Assembly: GCA_965237955.1 (NCBI GenBank)
Contig: OZ250169.1
Span: 4,832,001 to 4,896,000 of the forward strand
DNA length: 64,000 nt
Source: Candidatus Marinacidobacterales bacterium
GTDB lineage: Bacteria > Acidobacteriota > Vicinamibacteria > Marinacidobacterales > SMYC01
Reading direction: 5' to 3'
Part shown: positions 1 to 10,024 of the stretch, piece by piece
How the letters are laid out: each line of letters starts with the position of its first letter
How positions within the stretch are numbered: the stretch's first letter is position 1
Notes under the pieces: model-generated
What the model was told of the DNA's origin: nothing
Seen by the model: the letters and a program-made list of their open reading frames with translations, nothing else
Databases searched by the model: none
Made by a program: the position numbers and the translations under genes

Positions 1-12
1 GCCGGTGCCGAG

Positions 13-591
13 GTGCGGCTCGACGGTGCGATCATCCGCGATACCGTCGGCTACCCACAGGTCACCGGCTACCGCCGCGTCGACCCCGGCAACCACAGAA
101 TCCGATTCATCCCGTCCGCGAAGACACCGATCGATGCGCGTACCGTCCAACTCGACATCGAGCTCACGGTCGCAACCGGCGAAGCAGTGACCCTGGTCGC
201 GGCCGGCCTGGTCGACACCCGGACACTCTCGCTTGCCGTGTTCCGAGACGAGCTCGCCGCAAACGGTGACGGAACGCGCCTGCGCCTCCGCCTCATCAAT
301 GCGATGTCCGATTTCCCCGCCTCGCTCGAGCTTTGGCTGCGCGCGGGATCGCCGTTGCTGAGAAACGTCCAGTATCTCGAGGACCGAGGCTACCGTGCCG
401 TCACCCGTGGAAACTATCCTCTCGAGCTCCGGCGACAGGGGACTCGCGGCCCGCTCATACCGGTCGTACCGTACGGCCTCGCAGGAAACGCCACCTACAC
501 GATGTTCGCCTACGGCACGCTCCGAAAAGGAGACCGGGACGCTCTCCTCGTATTGGACGGAAGCCAAGGCGGTCCCGCTCTCAGGCGTTGA
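13..591 (+). CDS. DUF4397-like beta-sandwich protein, 5' truncated by the window edge
   Basis: Open frame from the window start; motifs RLRLINAMSD and ATYTMFAYG resemble DUF4397 repeats. Confidence 0.55.
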   Translation: MRLDGAIIRDTVGYPQVTGYRRVDPGNHRIRFIPSAKTPIDARTVQLDIELTVATGEAVTLVAAGLVDTRTLSLAVFRDELAANGDGTRLRLRLINAMSDFPASLELWLRAGSPLLRNVQYLEDRGYRAVTRGNYPLELRRQGTRGPLIPVVPYGLAGNATYTMFAYGTLRKGDRDALLVLDGSQGGPALRR

Positions 592-625
592 GCCCACACA
601 CGTTTCACATGCTCAGGAGGTATCG

Positions 626-810
626 TTAACGAAACCAGGCATGAAACCAGTCATGATACGTGCGACACTGGAGCGAGCGCGAGCTCACCGTACTCGTCGA
701 TGCAGTACTTCCGGGCGAACGCACGCGGCGTGAGGTTCAGAAACCCGGCGAGACGCTCGAGGTCTTCTCTTTCGAGGAACACGCCGTATCCAATCCAGGT
801 CCCGATCCAT
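626..810 (-). pseudogene. Collapsed YkgJ-family cysteine-cluster gene remnant
   Basis: Fragments MDRDLDW / GVFLEREDLERLAGFLNLTPRAFARKYC / LQCRTY joined out of frame; the other Cys motifs are missing. Confidence 0.55.
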
Positions 811-829
811 CCTAGTGCTACGATACCCG

Positions 830-1459
830 ATGCCGAGAACGCCCCGCAGCCGGTTTTACGATGGTCGCTTCTACGCGCGCGTCGTCGACCCGTTCGTCTC
901 GGGTTTGCATCGAATCGTCGCCGAGCTCGTCGAGCCCGGCTCCAAGGTGTTGGACGTCGGGTGCGGCACCGGCAACCTCGCGGTCCGTCTGGCGCCGGCG
1001 GCGGTCGAAGTCGTGGGAGTCGAGCTCTCACCCGCGATGGCGGAGTACGCGACCCGACGGCTGGGCGGTTCGACCACGAATGTGTCGATCATCGTGGGCG
1101 ATGTGACGGAGGTAGTGGCTGAAAAACCTGACCGCTACTTCGACGTAGCGACGATGGCGCTGGTACTCCACGAGATGCCGTCCGAAGCGCGCGAGCCCGT
1201 GCTCCGCGAGGTGACACGGGTTGCAAGGCGATTGCTCTGTCTCGACTACCGCGTCCCCATGCCAAAGAACCTGCAAGGTGTTCGCAATCGGGTCGCCGAA
1301 GCGCTCGCGGGCGGGGAGCACTATCGCGCGTTCCGAGACTTCACCCGCCGCGGTGGCACGAACGGCGTGGCCACGGCTGCAGGGCTCGGCTGCAAGAACA
1401 TCCGCTACCCTGACAAGGGCACTTTCGACATCTGCGAGATCACCGCCAAAGTCCACTAG
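830..1459 (+). CDS. Class I SAM-dependent methyltransferase
   Basis: VLDVGCGTG motif I and LVLHEMP motif; start chosen at ATG 830. Confidence 0.85.
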   Translation: MPRTPRSRFYDGRFYARVVDPFVSGLHRIVAELVEPGSKVLDVGCGTGNLAVRLAPAAVEVVGVELSPAMAEYATRRLGGSTTNVSIIVGDVTEVVAEKPDRYFDVATMALVLHEMPSEAREPVLREVTRVARRLLCLDYRVPMPKNLQGVRNRVAEALAGGEHYRAFRDFTRRGGTNGVATAAGLGCKNIRYPDKGTFDICEITAKVH

Positions 1460-1583
1460 GGCTGGAAAAGACTGGGGGCGATCGTCGCATCGTGGCGCGA
1501 GGTGAAGCCGCGTGACCAGGCGTGATATCTTCCCGCACTGACAGTTGACACGCTTTGATAGCGAGCGGTAGCGAGGAGGAATT

Positions 1584-2780
1584 ATGAGAAACGCAATCGT
1601 TATGGCGGTACTCGTCCACGCATCCATGTCGGGGGCGACTGAGAAAAAGGCGGTCATGCTTCCGGGTGCCAATCCCGACCTCCCGTTCAGCTCGGCGGTT
1701 TGGACCGGGGACTTTCTCCGTACGTCGGGTTCGCTCGGTGGCGTGCCAGGCGAGGGCTACTCTCCAGACATCAAAGAGCAGACCCGCCAGACGTTCAAGA
1801 ATCTCACCCGCGTGCTCGAGGTCGCCGGGTCCGATTTGTCGCGTGTCGTCAGCGTGAGCGTGTATCTCACCGACGACCGCCACTACGAGGCCATGAACGA
1901 GGTCTTCCGAGAGACCTTTCCCGACCAGGCCAAGGCTCCGACGCGCGCCACGGTGCGCACCGACCTCGCCGCTCCCAACGGCTACATCGAGATTTCGATG
2001 GTAGCGGTGCGCGAAGGCGTCGAGCTCCGCCACATCACTCCCGAGGGCTGGCGGCCGGCGCGGCAGGGTTTCGCCTACGGCATCTTGGCGGGCGATACGC
2101 TGTTCGTGTCCGGGCTGGTGTCGAGCGACCCGAAACAAGGCGCGTTAATAGGCGGCGATATCGGCACGCAGGCGAGGAAGACGTTGGACAACCTCGGCGA
2201 AGTCCTCGAAGCCGCGGGCATGAGCTATGCGGACGTCGTGTCCAACAAGATCTACCTCCGTGACGGACGCGATTTCTCCGGAATGAACGAGGTCTACCGG
2301 TCGGTGTTCCCCGAGCCGCGGCCGGCGCGCGCCACGGTGAGGGCGGGCATCATGGCTCCCGCCGCCCGCATCGAGATGCAGTCGGTAGCGGTCAAAGACG
2401 CCTCGCGCAAGGTCGCCGGAAACGCGCAGCCCGGCGCCACGATTTCACCGTCCGTCGTCGCAAGCGGACGACAGTTTCTCGCCGGCATGACGGGTCGCGG
2501 CCCCGATGGCTACGCGCCCGGCGACGTGAAAGCACAGACGCGGCAGTGCATCGCCCGATTGCAAGCGACCCTCGAAGCCGCCGGCCTCACGTTAGACGAC
2601 GTCGTCGAGAGCACCGTGTATTTGACCGATATTCGTCACTTCTCGGACATGAACGAGGTCTACCGCGAGCTCGTGCCCAAGCCGCGCCCCTCGCGCACGA
2701 CCATCGGCACGGCGCTCATGTCCCCCGACGCGCTCGTCGAGATCATGTTCATCGCCGACGCCGCCGACGCGACGAAGTGA
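1584..2780 (+). CDS. Triple-domain RidA/YjgF family protein with probable signal peptide
   Basis: Three repeats of MNEV(F/Y)...P(T/A/S)R(A/T)T...(I/V)E(I/M); RBS GAGGAGG upstream. Confidence 0.85.
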   Translation: MRNAIVMAVLVHASMSGATEKKAVMLPGANPDLPFSSAVWTGDFLRTSGSLGGVPGEGYSPDIKEQTRQTFKNLTRVLEVAGSDLSRVVSVSVYLTDDRHYEAMNEVFRETFPDQAKAPTRATVRTDLAAPNGYIEISMVAVREGVELRHITPEGWRPARQGFAYGILAGDTLFVSGLVSSDPKQGALIGGDIGTQARKTLDNLGEVLEAAGMSYADVVSNKIYLRDGRDFSGMNEVYRSVFPEPRPARATVRAGIMAPAARIEMQSVAVKDASRKVAGNAQPGATISPSVVASGRQFLAGMTGRGPDGYAPGDVKAQTRQCIARLQATLEAAGLTLDDVVESTVYLTDIRHFSDMNEVYRELVPKPRPSRTTIGTALMSPDALVEIMFIADAADATK

Positions 2781-2794
2781 AGCGCGGTTGCTGT

Positions 2795-4114
2795 TCAGCC
2801 GTACAAGTAATCGTTCAGGATATTTTCGAGAGCCTCCTGGCGGCCGCTGACGCGCTCGGGCTCGTCGTTCGACGCGGCAAACGATTCGAGCTCCGGCAAC
2901 GACGTGTCGCGGCCGAGAATCTTTCTCCCCATCTCGGTATCGCGAAACTTCGCGTAGCGCTCGGCGAGCGGCTTCGACAGCGCGCCGTCTTCGATGATCT
3001 TGTTCGCGACGAGCAGGGCTCTAGCGAACGTGTCCATGCCGCCGATGTGCGCGTGAAATAGATCCACGGTGTCGAACGAGCCGCGCCGGAGTTTGGCGTC
3101 GAAGTTCAGTCCGCCGTCGCCCAAGCCGCCCTGTCCGAGAACCACGAGCATCGCCACCGTGGCGCTGGCGAGGTCGGTCGGGAACTGGTCGGTGTCCCAG
3201 CCGAGGTTGAGGTCGCCGCGATTGATGTCGAGGCTCCCGAGCCGGCCGGCAGTCGAGGCGACGAGCAGATCGTGCTCCCACGTGTGGGTCGCCAGCGTAG
3301 CGTGGTTCGACTCGATGTTCAGCTTGAAGCGATCGAAGAGATCGAACTCGCGCAAGAAGCTGATCGTCGTCGCGGCGTCGAAATCGTACTGGTGCGTCGT
3401 CGGCTCCATGGGCTTCGGCTCGATGAGGAGCGTGCCGGTGAAGCCCGCCTCCTTCGCGTAGTCCGAGGCGAGGTGCAGAAACGCCGCCATCTGCTCGCGC
3501 TCCTGTTTGAGGTCGGTGTTCAAAAGCGTCGTGTAGCCTTCGCGCCCGCCCCAGAAAACGTAACCTCTGCCGCCGAGTGCGACCGTCGCATCCATGGCTC
3601 GACGAACCTGGGCGGCGGCGTGAGCGAACACGAGCGGGTCGGGATTCGTCGCGGCGCCGTGGGTGTAGCGCGGATGGCTGAAGAGGTTAGCCGTCCCCCA
3701 CAGGAGTTTCACGCCGGTCTCGTCCTGGTGGCTCTTCGCCCGCTTGATCATCTGATCCAGGAAGTGGTTCGTTTCCTCGATCGAGCTCCCCTCGGGCGCG
3801 ATGTCGCGATCGTGGAAGCAGTAGTAGCCAACGCCGAGCTTCTGGAAGAACTCGAACGCGGCGGCCAACGTGGACTCCGCCGCAGCCACCGGATCGGACT
3901 CGGTGCCCCACGGGCGCACGAAGCTTCGGCCGCCGAAGACATCGGCGCCCATCCCGCGCATCGTGTGCCAGTAGCACACCGCGAACTCGAGGTGCTCCGA
4001 CATCGTCTTTCCCGCCACGGAGCGATCCTTGTCGTAGTGGCGAAACGCGAGAGGATTCTTCGAATCCGCTCCCTCGTATGCAATAGGGTCTTTGACCTCG
4101 GGGAAGTAAATCAT
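2795..4114 (-). CDS. xylA: Xylose isomerase (class II)
   Basis: CYWHT, FHDRD, WGGREGY, IEPKPMEP, GWDTDQF and NFDAK motifs; 439 aa. Confidence 0.97.
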   Translation of the reverse strand: MIYFPEVKDPIAYEGADSKNPLAFRHYDKDRSVAGKTMSEHLEFAVCYWHTMRGMGADVFGGRSFVRPWGTESDPVAAAESTLAAAFEFFQKLGVGYYCFHDRDIAPEGSSIEETNHFLDQMIKRAKSHQDETGVKLLWGTANLFSHPRYTHGAATNPDPLVFAHAAAQVRRAMDATVALGGRGYVFWGGREGYTTLLNTDLKQEREQMAAFLHLASDYAKEAGFTGTLLIEPKPMEPTTHQYDFDAATTISFLREFDLFDRFKLNIESNHATLATHTWEHDLLVASTAGRLGSLDINRGDLNLGWDTDQFPTDLASATVAMLVVLGQGGLGDGGLNFDAKLRRGSFDTVDLFHAHIGGMDTFARALLVANKIIEDGALSKPLAERYAKFRDTEMGRKILGRDTSLPELESFAASNDEPERVSGRQEALENILNDYLYG

Positions 4115-4206
4115 GGCGTGTTTCCTCTCAATGACGTTGGGCGGTCATCACCCGCGTCGGACTCAGCAGAAAAGGCGGCAGGTACGCCGGAATGTTGGAG
4201 AAGCAT

Positions 4207-4584
4207 TCACTCGCTTATGAGCGCGATCACCGCGCCCGCGGGATCACGAATGACACAGAACCTGTTCTTGCCCATTTTGCGGGGACCGTCGACGAGGTGT
4301 CCGCCGAGCTCGACCGCGCGACGAACGCTCGAGTCGACGTCCTCGACGTTCACGTAAAGAAGCCACTGCGCCGGCAAGTTGTCATTCGCGCCGCGAGCGT
4401 GGCAAATACCCGCCACCGCCGCACCGCCTTGCGGAGGCTCCATGTTGTAGTCGTCGTAGCCTCCCATGTCGACGGGCTCGTGTTTCCAGCCGACGACTTC
4501 TCCGTAGAAATCTCGAATGACGTCCGCGTTCTCGACGGTAAGATCTTTCCATACGATGGTGCCTGCGGGTTGATCGTCGCTCAT
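4207..4584 (-). CDS. VOC/glyoxalase family protein
   Basis: IVWKDL...FYGEVVGW, WLLYVNVEDVD, VIRDPAGAVIAL. Confidence 0.85.
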   Translation of the reverse strand: MSDDQPAGTIVWKDLTVENADVIRDFYGEVVGWKHEPVDMGGYDDYNMEPPQGGAAVAGICHARGANDNLPAQWLLYVNVEDVDSSVRRAVELGGHLVDGPRKMGKNRFCVIRDPAGAVIALISE

Positions 4585-4591
4585 GTCTACC

Positions 4592-5122
4592 TCACGATTT
4601 CGAGAATCTCGCCTTCGCCTGCCGGGCCAATCCGGGATAGAGCTTGTCCACCGTTGCTTCGTTCCAGGGCTCGCCCGCAGGCTCGGCGACTTCCTCAGTG
4701 GTCTCGAGCGGCTCGGGAAGGGGCACCTCCTCGCCGGTCTTTTGCTCGAGCGCGTACACTGGTAAATACAGCATTTCTTCGAACTCGGCCAACCACTCGG
4801 GGTCGTTGGGAACGAATGTCTCGAGGCCCGCGGGATCCTTTAAAGCCTGCTCGAACACGCGTTGGCCTCTGGAAATCAGCCACGCACGAAAGTACTGGAA
4901 GCCGTCGTCGGAGGCTCCGCCGTTAATAATGTAAGCCGCCGCCCACAGGTCCCACCGATACGCGCGCGCGAGAACGTCGTCGAGACGCTCGCGAAACCCC
5001 TCGATGGCATTCGGCGGCAGCTCCATGAGGCCGCGCTCGAGCACTTCGAGGAACCGCTCCTCGTCGTTTCCGGACTCTTCCCGGGCCTCGTCGACGAGCT
5101 CCCAGAAAGTCTCTTCTTGCAT
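4592..5122 (-). CDS. DUF4240 domain protein
   Basis: FWELVDEAR; LWAAAYIINGGASDDGFQYFRAWLISRG. Confidence 0.85.
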   Translation of the reverse strand: MQEETFWELVDEAREESGNDEERFLEVLERGLMELPPNAIEGFRERLDDVLARAYRWDLWAAAYIINGGASDDGFQYFRAWLISRGQRVFEQALKDPAGLETFVPNDPEWLAEFEEMLYLPVYALEQKTGEEVPLPEPLETTEEVAEPAGEPWNEATVDKLYPGLARQAKARFSKS

Positions 5123-5130
5123 AATCTGAA

Positions 5131-5260
5131 CTAGAGATTAAATACTCGCTTCGCGTTGTCCTCGTAGATCATCTTACGGTCGGCGTCGCTCAGGAAATCG
5201 ATGTCGTCGATCAGTGGTTTGATGTTGTCGAGCCATTCACCGCTTTCGGGATGCTTGGAG
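5131..5260 (-). pseudogene. C-terminal remnant of an amidohydrolase_2 (LigJ-like) gene
   Basis: HPESGEWLDNIKPLIDDIDFLSDADRKMIYEDNAKRVFNL* directly after a TATGCT / AAGGAGG promoter-RBS. Confidence 0.6.
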
Positions 5261-5359
5261 CTTCCTCCTTCTTTTTCAGGGGCGGGAGCATAGCGCGGCA
5301 TCGTTGCAAATGCTAATGGCGAGTCGGTCACATGCTGCCGGCAGGAGGGCGGCTTCAGA

Positions 5360-5625
5360 ATGAAGAAACTGGATATATTCAATCACATTTTTCCGAAGCA
5401 GTTCTACGAGCTGATGCTGGAAGTCGCACCGAAACAGGAGGACATGGGCAAACGGGTGCGCGGGGTTCCGATGCTCTACGACCTGGACGAGCGCTTCCGC
5501 GTCATGGACCTATATCCGCCAGACCATCGAGATCGTCGACGGTCTCGACATCTCCGATGAAGACCGCGGAAAGATCTACCGGAAAAACGCGCTGAAACTG
5601 CTCAAGCTGAACGGCTCTCTTAGCT
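5360..5625 (+). pseudogene. Internally deleted amidohydrolase_2 gene
   Basis: N-terminus MKKLDIFNHIFP...LDERFRVMDL joined out of frame to C-terminus YIRQTIEIVDGLDISDEDRGKIYRKNALKLLKL. Confidence 0.75.
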
Positions 5626-5628
5626 GAG

Positions 5629-6515
5629 CTACGCGGCGTCGACGGCGGGTTTCAATACCTCGGCCGCGAAGCGGCGGAGACCGGTGGGAGTCGTCGTTGC
5701 TGGCGAGCGCGGCTGTTCGGCAACGATGCGTCCTTCGCGCATCGCGGTGAACATCTCCGCGTACATCGCCACCACGAAATCCGGTAGCCCGGTGGCGAGC
5801 ATGCCTTCTCTCGCTTGATCGATGGTGACCTCGATCAAGTTGACGGGTTTTTCGATACCCTCTCCGATGAGCTCGGCGGCATCCGTCGGCGTCAGATCCC
5901 GCGGGCCGTGAAGCTCGTGCACTTTCTGACCTGACCAGTCGGCGCCAAGGAGATAAGTGGCGGCGACGTCGCCGACGTCACTCGTCGCGATCGTGGCCAT
6001 AGGGGCGTTTTTCGGCAGGGGTGAGTATATCGAGCCTTCGGATGCGATCGTGGCGACGTCGGCGAGGTGGTTCTCCATGAACGAGCCCGGTCGTAAATGG
6101 ACGACGTTCGGCATCGCCTCGCTAAAAATGCTTTCGACCTCGCCCAGAGATGCGATGAGACCGGTGTTGGCGCCCGCGTGCGCGCCGATGCTCGAGATGT
6201 TGACCACGCGCGCTCCACTTTCGCGCTCGCCATGGCCTGGGCGGCCTTCTGGGCCGTTTCTCTTACCCAAGCGGCGTAGTCCGGACGGTAAGCCGGCGGT
6301 GTGAGCCAGAAAACAGTTTCGGCGCCGTCGAAAGCCTTCGCGAGCGCGACCGCATCGTCGGTGGAGCCGATCACGAGGCTCGCTCCGCGGGACGTGAGGT
6401 CGGTCACCTTGTTCGGATTGCGGCTGATGATGCGGACGGGTACGCCCGAGTCGAGCAGGCGCTCTGCAGTTCGTCGCCCGATATTCCCGTTCGGTGTGTT
6501 GATGACGATGGTCAT
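5629..6515 (-). pseudogene. NmrA-like NAD(P)H-binding protein, frameshifted near 6208
   Basis: TPNGNIGR N-terminus in one frame and VVNISSIGA...LRPGSFMEN in another; extra GC in a GCGCGC run (real or sequencing error). Confidence 0.8.
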
Positions 6516-6615
6516 GGGCTCACCTTGCTTTTAGAACCACTGCGGGCTCACATTTTTCCTTCGGGCGAAAGCTCACGATACCAGAAATCGACTGGCTTCT
6601 GCTAGGATTCCGGCT

Positions 6616-8253
6616 ATGCAACGACGAGCGTGGGGTTTCGGTATGGTCTGGGTTTTCGCCGGTACGTGGGCGTGTGCGCCTACGGGCGACGATACACGAG
6701 CGCCGGCGGGCGGATTCAGCACCGACCTGCTCAGGTCGCACATCGAGGTCCTGTCCTCGGACGATTTCGGCGGACGAGCGCCCGGCTCTCCCGGAGAGGA
6801 AAAAACCGTCGCCTACCTCACCGAAGCATTCCGCTCCTACGGCTTGAAACCGGGAAACCCGGACGGGACCTACGTACAGCGGGTCCCTCTCGTTGGCATC
6901 ACCGCCACGGACGGAAGCCATCTTTCTATCGTCCGCGGTCGTCAACAAGAGGAGCTCACCCAGGGGCTCGGCTACGTCGCGTGGACGAAACGAGTCGTCG
7001 AGGGAGTCGATGTCGACGCCGAGCTCGTGTTCGTCGGCTACGGCGTTGTCGCGCCCGAGTACGACTGGGACGACTACAAGGACGTCGACGTCGAAGGCAA
7101 GGTGCTCGTCATGCTCGTCAACGACCCGCCTATCGAGTCTGGGTTCGGCGGCGATGCGATGACCTACTATGGGCGCTGGACCTACAAGTATGAGATCGCT
7201 GCAGAAAAAGGTGCGGCCGGCGCGTTCATCGTTCACGAGACCGTTCCGGCGGGTTATCCATGGGAAGTCGTGAGTGGAAGTTGGATGGGCGAATCCTTCG
7301 ACCTCGAAACACCGGACAAGAACATGGGCCGGGTTCCCGTCGAAGGCTGGTTCTCGCTGAGCGCTGCACGGGCGCTCTTCGAGGGAGCTGGTCTCGATTA
7401 CGAAGAGCAAAAGCAAGCCGCCGCCGACCGATCGTTCCACCCGGTGTCACTGGGAACGCGGATGAAGGCGACGATCGAGAACGAGCTGAGGAACGTCTCG
7501 TCAGCCAACGTGATCGCGAAGCTCGAAGGCACTGAGACTGAGGCCGCCGCGCCGGACGAGACGGTCCTCTACCTCGCCCATTGGGACCACCTCGGGACTC
7601 AAGAGTCCATGGAAGGCGACAACATCTTCAACGGCGCCTACGACAACGCGACCGGAGTCGCCGGGCTTTTGGAGCTGGCACGGGTTTTCAGCGAGTTGGA
7701 TCCGACTCCGCGACGCAGTATTTTGTTCCTCGCCGTGACCGCTGAGGAGCAAGGGCTCCTCGGCTCACGCTACTACGCTGAGAATCCGTTGTACCCTGCC
7801 GCCAAGACCGTCGCTGCCATCAACATGGACGGCCTCAATATTTGGGGCCGGACGACAGACGTCACTGTCGTCGGAATGGGGCAATCGAGCCTCGACGATC
7901 TCGCGAGAGAGATCGCCGGCCGGCAGGGCCGCACGCTGCTCCCCGATCCCGAGCCCGAGAAGGGCTATTACTACCGCTCGGACCACTTCGAGCTCGCGAA
8001 AGTCGGCATCCCGGCGTTTTACGCCGACATCGGCGTCACGTTCGAAGGTAGGCCCAAAGGCTGGGGCGAGCGCCAGCGCGATATCTACACCGCCGAGGAC
8101 TACCACAAGCCTTCGGACGAGATTAAAGACTGGTACGAGCTCTCGGGAATGGTGCAAGACCTCGACCTCTTCCACGGAATGGGCTTGCAACTAGCGACAA
8201 CCGATGCCTGGCCCAAGTGGAGCGAAACCAGCGAGTTTCGGTCGAAAAGATAG
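6616..8253 (+). CDS. M28 family metallopeptidase with PA domain (lipoprotein-like signal)
   Basis: AHWDHLG, GAYDNATG, AEEQGLLGS, RSDHF, YHKPSD. Confidence 0.92.
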   Translation: MQRRAWGFGMVWVFAGTWACAPTGDDTRAPAGGFSTDLLRSHIEVLSSDDFGGRAPGSPGEEKTVAYLTEAFRSYGLKPGNPDGTYVQRVPLVGITATDGSHLSIVRGRQQEELTQGLGYVAWTKRVVEGVDVDAELVFVGYGVVAPEYDWDDYKDVDVEGKVLVMLVNDPPIESGFGGDAMTYYGRWTYKYEIAAEKGAAGAFIVHETVPAGYPWEVVSGSWMGESFDLETPDKNMGRVPVEGWFSLSAARALFEGAGLDYEEQKQAAADRSFHPVSLGTRMKATIENELRNVSSANVIAKLEGTETEAAAPDETVLYLAHWDHLGTQESMEGDNIFNGAYDNATGVAGLLELARVFSELDPTPRRSILFLAVTAEEQGLLGSRYYAENPLYPAAKTVAAINMDGLNIWGRTTDVTVVGMGQSSLDDLAREIAGRQGRTLLPDPEPEKGYYYRSDHFELAKVGIPAFYADIGVTFEGRPKGWGERQRDIYTAEDYHKPSDEIKDWYELSGMVQDLDLFHGMGLQLATTDAWPKWSETSEFRSKR

Positions 8254-8323
8254 TTTTCTTACCACGGATTTCACGCTTCCCCCTCACCTGTCCCCTTTTT
8301 CTAGTTCACGCGTCGAGCTCTCG

Positions 8324-9790
8324 CTACGCTTCGATGAACTTCCGCACGTGCTCGGAATCCATGGGTTGAGTCAGGAGCGATACCGTTACGAGGGCGATGA
8401 GATGTGCGCCAATTCCCCAGATGCCGGGGTGGATGCCTTGCCACTGGAGCGATGGCACGAGATTCCAGAGCACCACGACGCCGCATCCCGCGAGAAGGCC
8501 GGCAAGAATCCCCTGGGGCGTAGAGCGCTTCCAATAGAAGGCGGCGATCAGCGCGGGGAAGATTTGCGCGATGAACCCGTAGGACAGAAGCAGTAGGTAC
8601 ACGAGAGAAAAACTCGACGCCACAGCGAAATAGTATGCGACGAGGCCGATGACGACGACGGAGAGTCGGATGAGACGGGTCTCTTGGTACCCATCGAGCT
8701 TCTCGCGACGCATCACCCCGTAGAAATCCTTGACCATGACCGAGCCTGCCGCGTGTACGATCGCGTCGCCCGACGACATCGATGCGGCGAGCGCGCCCGC
8801 GCAGAAAAAGCCCACCGCGACAGCAGGAAGCCCCATCGACGTCACGATCGTCGGGAGAATCGTGTCGACGGGCGTCACGTCGGGAAACGCCGTCACCCCG
8901 GCGAAACCGATGAACATGATTGGGATCAGAAAAATCTGGAACGTCGGGTAGAACACGATCATCCGCTTGAGGCTCCTGATGTCCCGGGCGGTGTAGATTT
9001 TCATGAAGTAGTGCGGCCACACGCTGAACCCCAGGACCGAGATCGCGATCGAGCTCGAATAGCCGCCCCACGTCCAGGGGTTGCCGGAGGCGTCGAGCCC
9101 CGGAGCGCGCAGCATGTCGGGCGCCACCCGAGCGAGCTCTTCGAACATCGGCCCGACCCCGCCATGAAGCTTGTAGGGAAGGTAGAGCCCGAGCACCCAC
9201 GCTAGCGTGAGCATCAGGATTCCCTGGAACGTATTGGTCCACGCGATGCCCATCACGCCGCTCTTGAAGACGTAGATCATGACTACGCCGTACGCGATCG
9301 CGGCGCCGCCCCACATCGGAATCCGTCCCTCGGTGACGACCGAGAACACGTAGCCCGCACCCTGCATCTGCAGAATCAAGTAAGGCACGAAGGCGACGAG
9401 GCTGATGAGCGCGAGAATTGCCGAGATATAGGAGCTCTGATAACGGTCGGCGAAAAGCTCTGCCTGGGTGACGTAGCCGCGCTGTCTCCCGAGACGCGCG
9501 ATGCGCGGTCCGAGAAAATACCACGGTAGTAGACCTATTGTGCCGTAGGCGATGATGTAGAACGCCGCCGCGCCCCGTGAGTACGCCCAGCCCGGTCCGC
9601 CGAGAAACGCGAACGCGCTGTAGATCGAAGCCCCGAGGATGAAATAGAGAACGACGAAACCGAGGTTGCGGTCACCGGCGACGTAGCCCTCGGTGCTCGA
9701 CGTGGCTTTGCGCCCCGAGAGCAAGCCGACCGCGAGCGAGAGCGCGAGATACCCGATGGTAACGAGGAAAACGACGAGCCAGTCTTCCAT
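8324..9790 (-). CDS. Sodium:solute symporter family protein
   Basis: Multiple TM helices; YSAFAFLGGPG and LAASMSS motifs. Confidence 0.9.
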   Translation of the reverse strand: MEDWLVVFLVTIGYLALSLAVGLLSGRKATSSTEGYVAGDRNLGFVVLYFILGASIYSAFAFLGGPGWAYSRGAAAFYIIAYGTIGLLPWYFLGPRIARLGRQRGYVTQAELFADRYQSSYISAILALISLVAFVPYLILQMQGAGYVFSVVTEGRIPMWGGAAIAYGVVMIYVFKSGVMGIAWTNTFQGILMLTLAWVLGLYLPYKLHGGVGPMFEELARVAPDMLRAPGLDASGNPWTWGGYSSSIAISVLGFSVWPHYFMKIYTARDIRSLKRMIVFYPTFQIFLIPIMFIGFAGVTAFPDVTPVDTILPTIVTSMGLPAVAVGFFCAGALAASMSSGDAIVHAAGSVMVKDFYGVMRREKLDGYQETRLIRLSVVVIGLVAYYFAVASSFSLVYLLLLSYGFIAQIFPALIAAFYWKRSTPQGILAGLLAGCGVVVLWNLVPSLQWQGIHPGIWGIGAHLIALVTVSLLTQPMDSEHVRKFIEA

Positions 9791-10011
9791 CAGCCGAGCC
9801 GGCCGTTCCGATCTTCCCAGAGGAACAGACCGAGCATCACGGAAAACACGGTCGCGATCACGATGACGAGATAGAAGAGCGACATCGGCATCCCGAGCAC
9901 CATGGGGTAGATGTCGCTGAACCAGGAGTAGACCGGCCAGAGCACGGCAACGAAGGCGGCCACACAGAACCAGGCCACGTAACCTGCGGGTTTGGAAACC
10001 TCCGGCCTCAC
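9790..10011 (-). CDS. Small two-TM SSS accessory protein (DUF3311-like)
   Basis: PMVLGMPMSLFY; coupled to the symporter start. Confidence 0.75.
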   Translation of the reverse strand: MRPEVSKPAGYVAWFCVAAFVAVLWPVYSWFSDIYPMVLGMPMSLFYLVIVIATVFSVMLGLFLWEDRNGRLG

Positions 10012-10024
10012 GGTGCCGGGGATT

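Noticed and set aside
3272-4357. Long antisense or alternate-frame ORFs (also 8301-9524, 19057-20295, 25161-26252, 57888-59081, 60175-61215)
   Set aside because: Shadow ORFs of well-supported genes, expected at high GC; no family motifs
8254-8300. ACCACGGATTTCACG and CCTGTCCCCTTTTT snippets resembling REP half-sites
   Set aside because: No partner arm or second copy in the window
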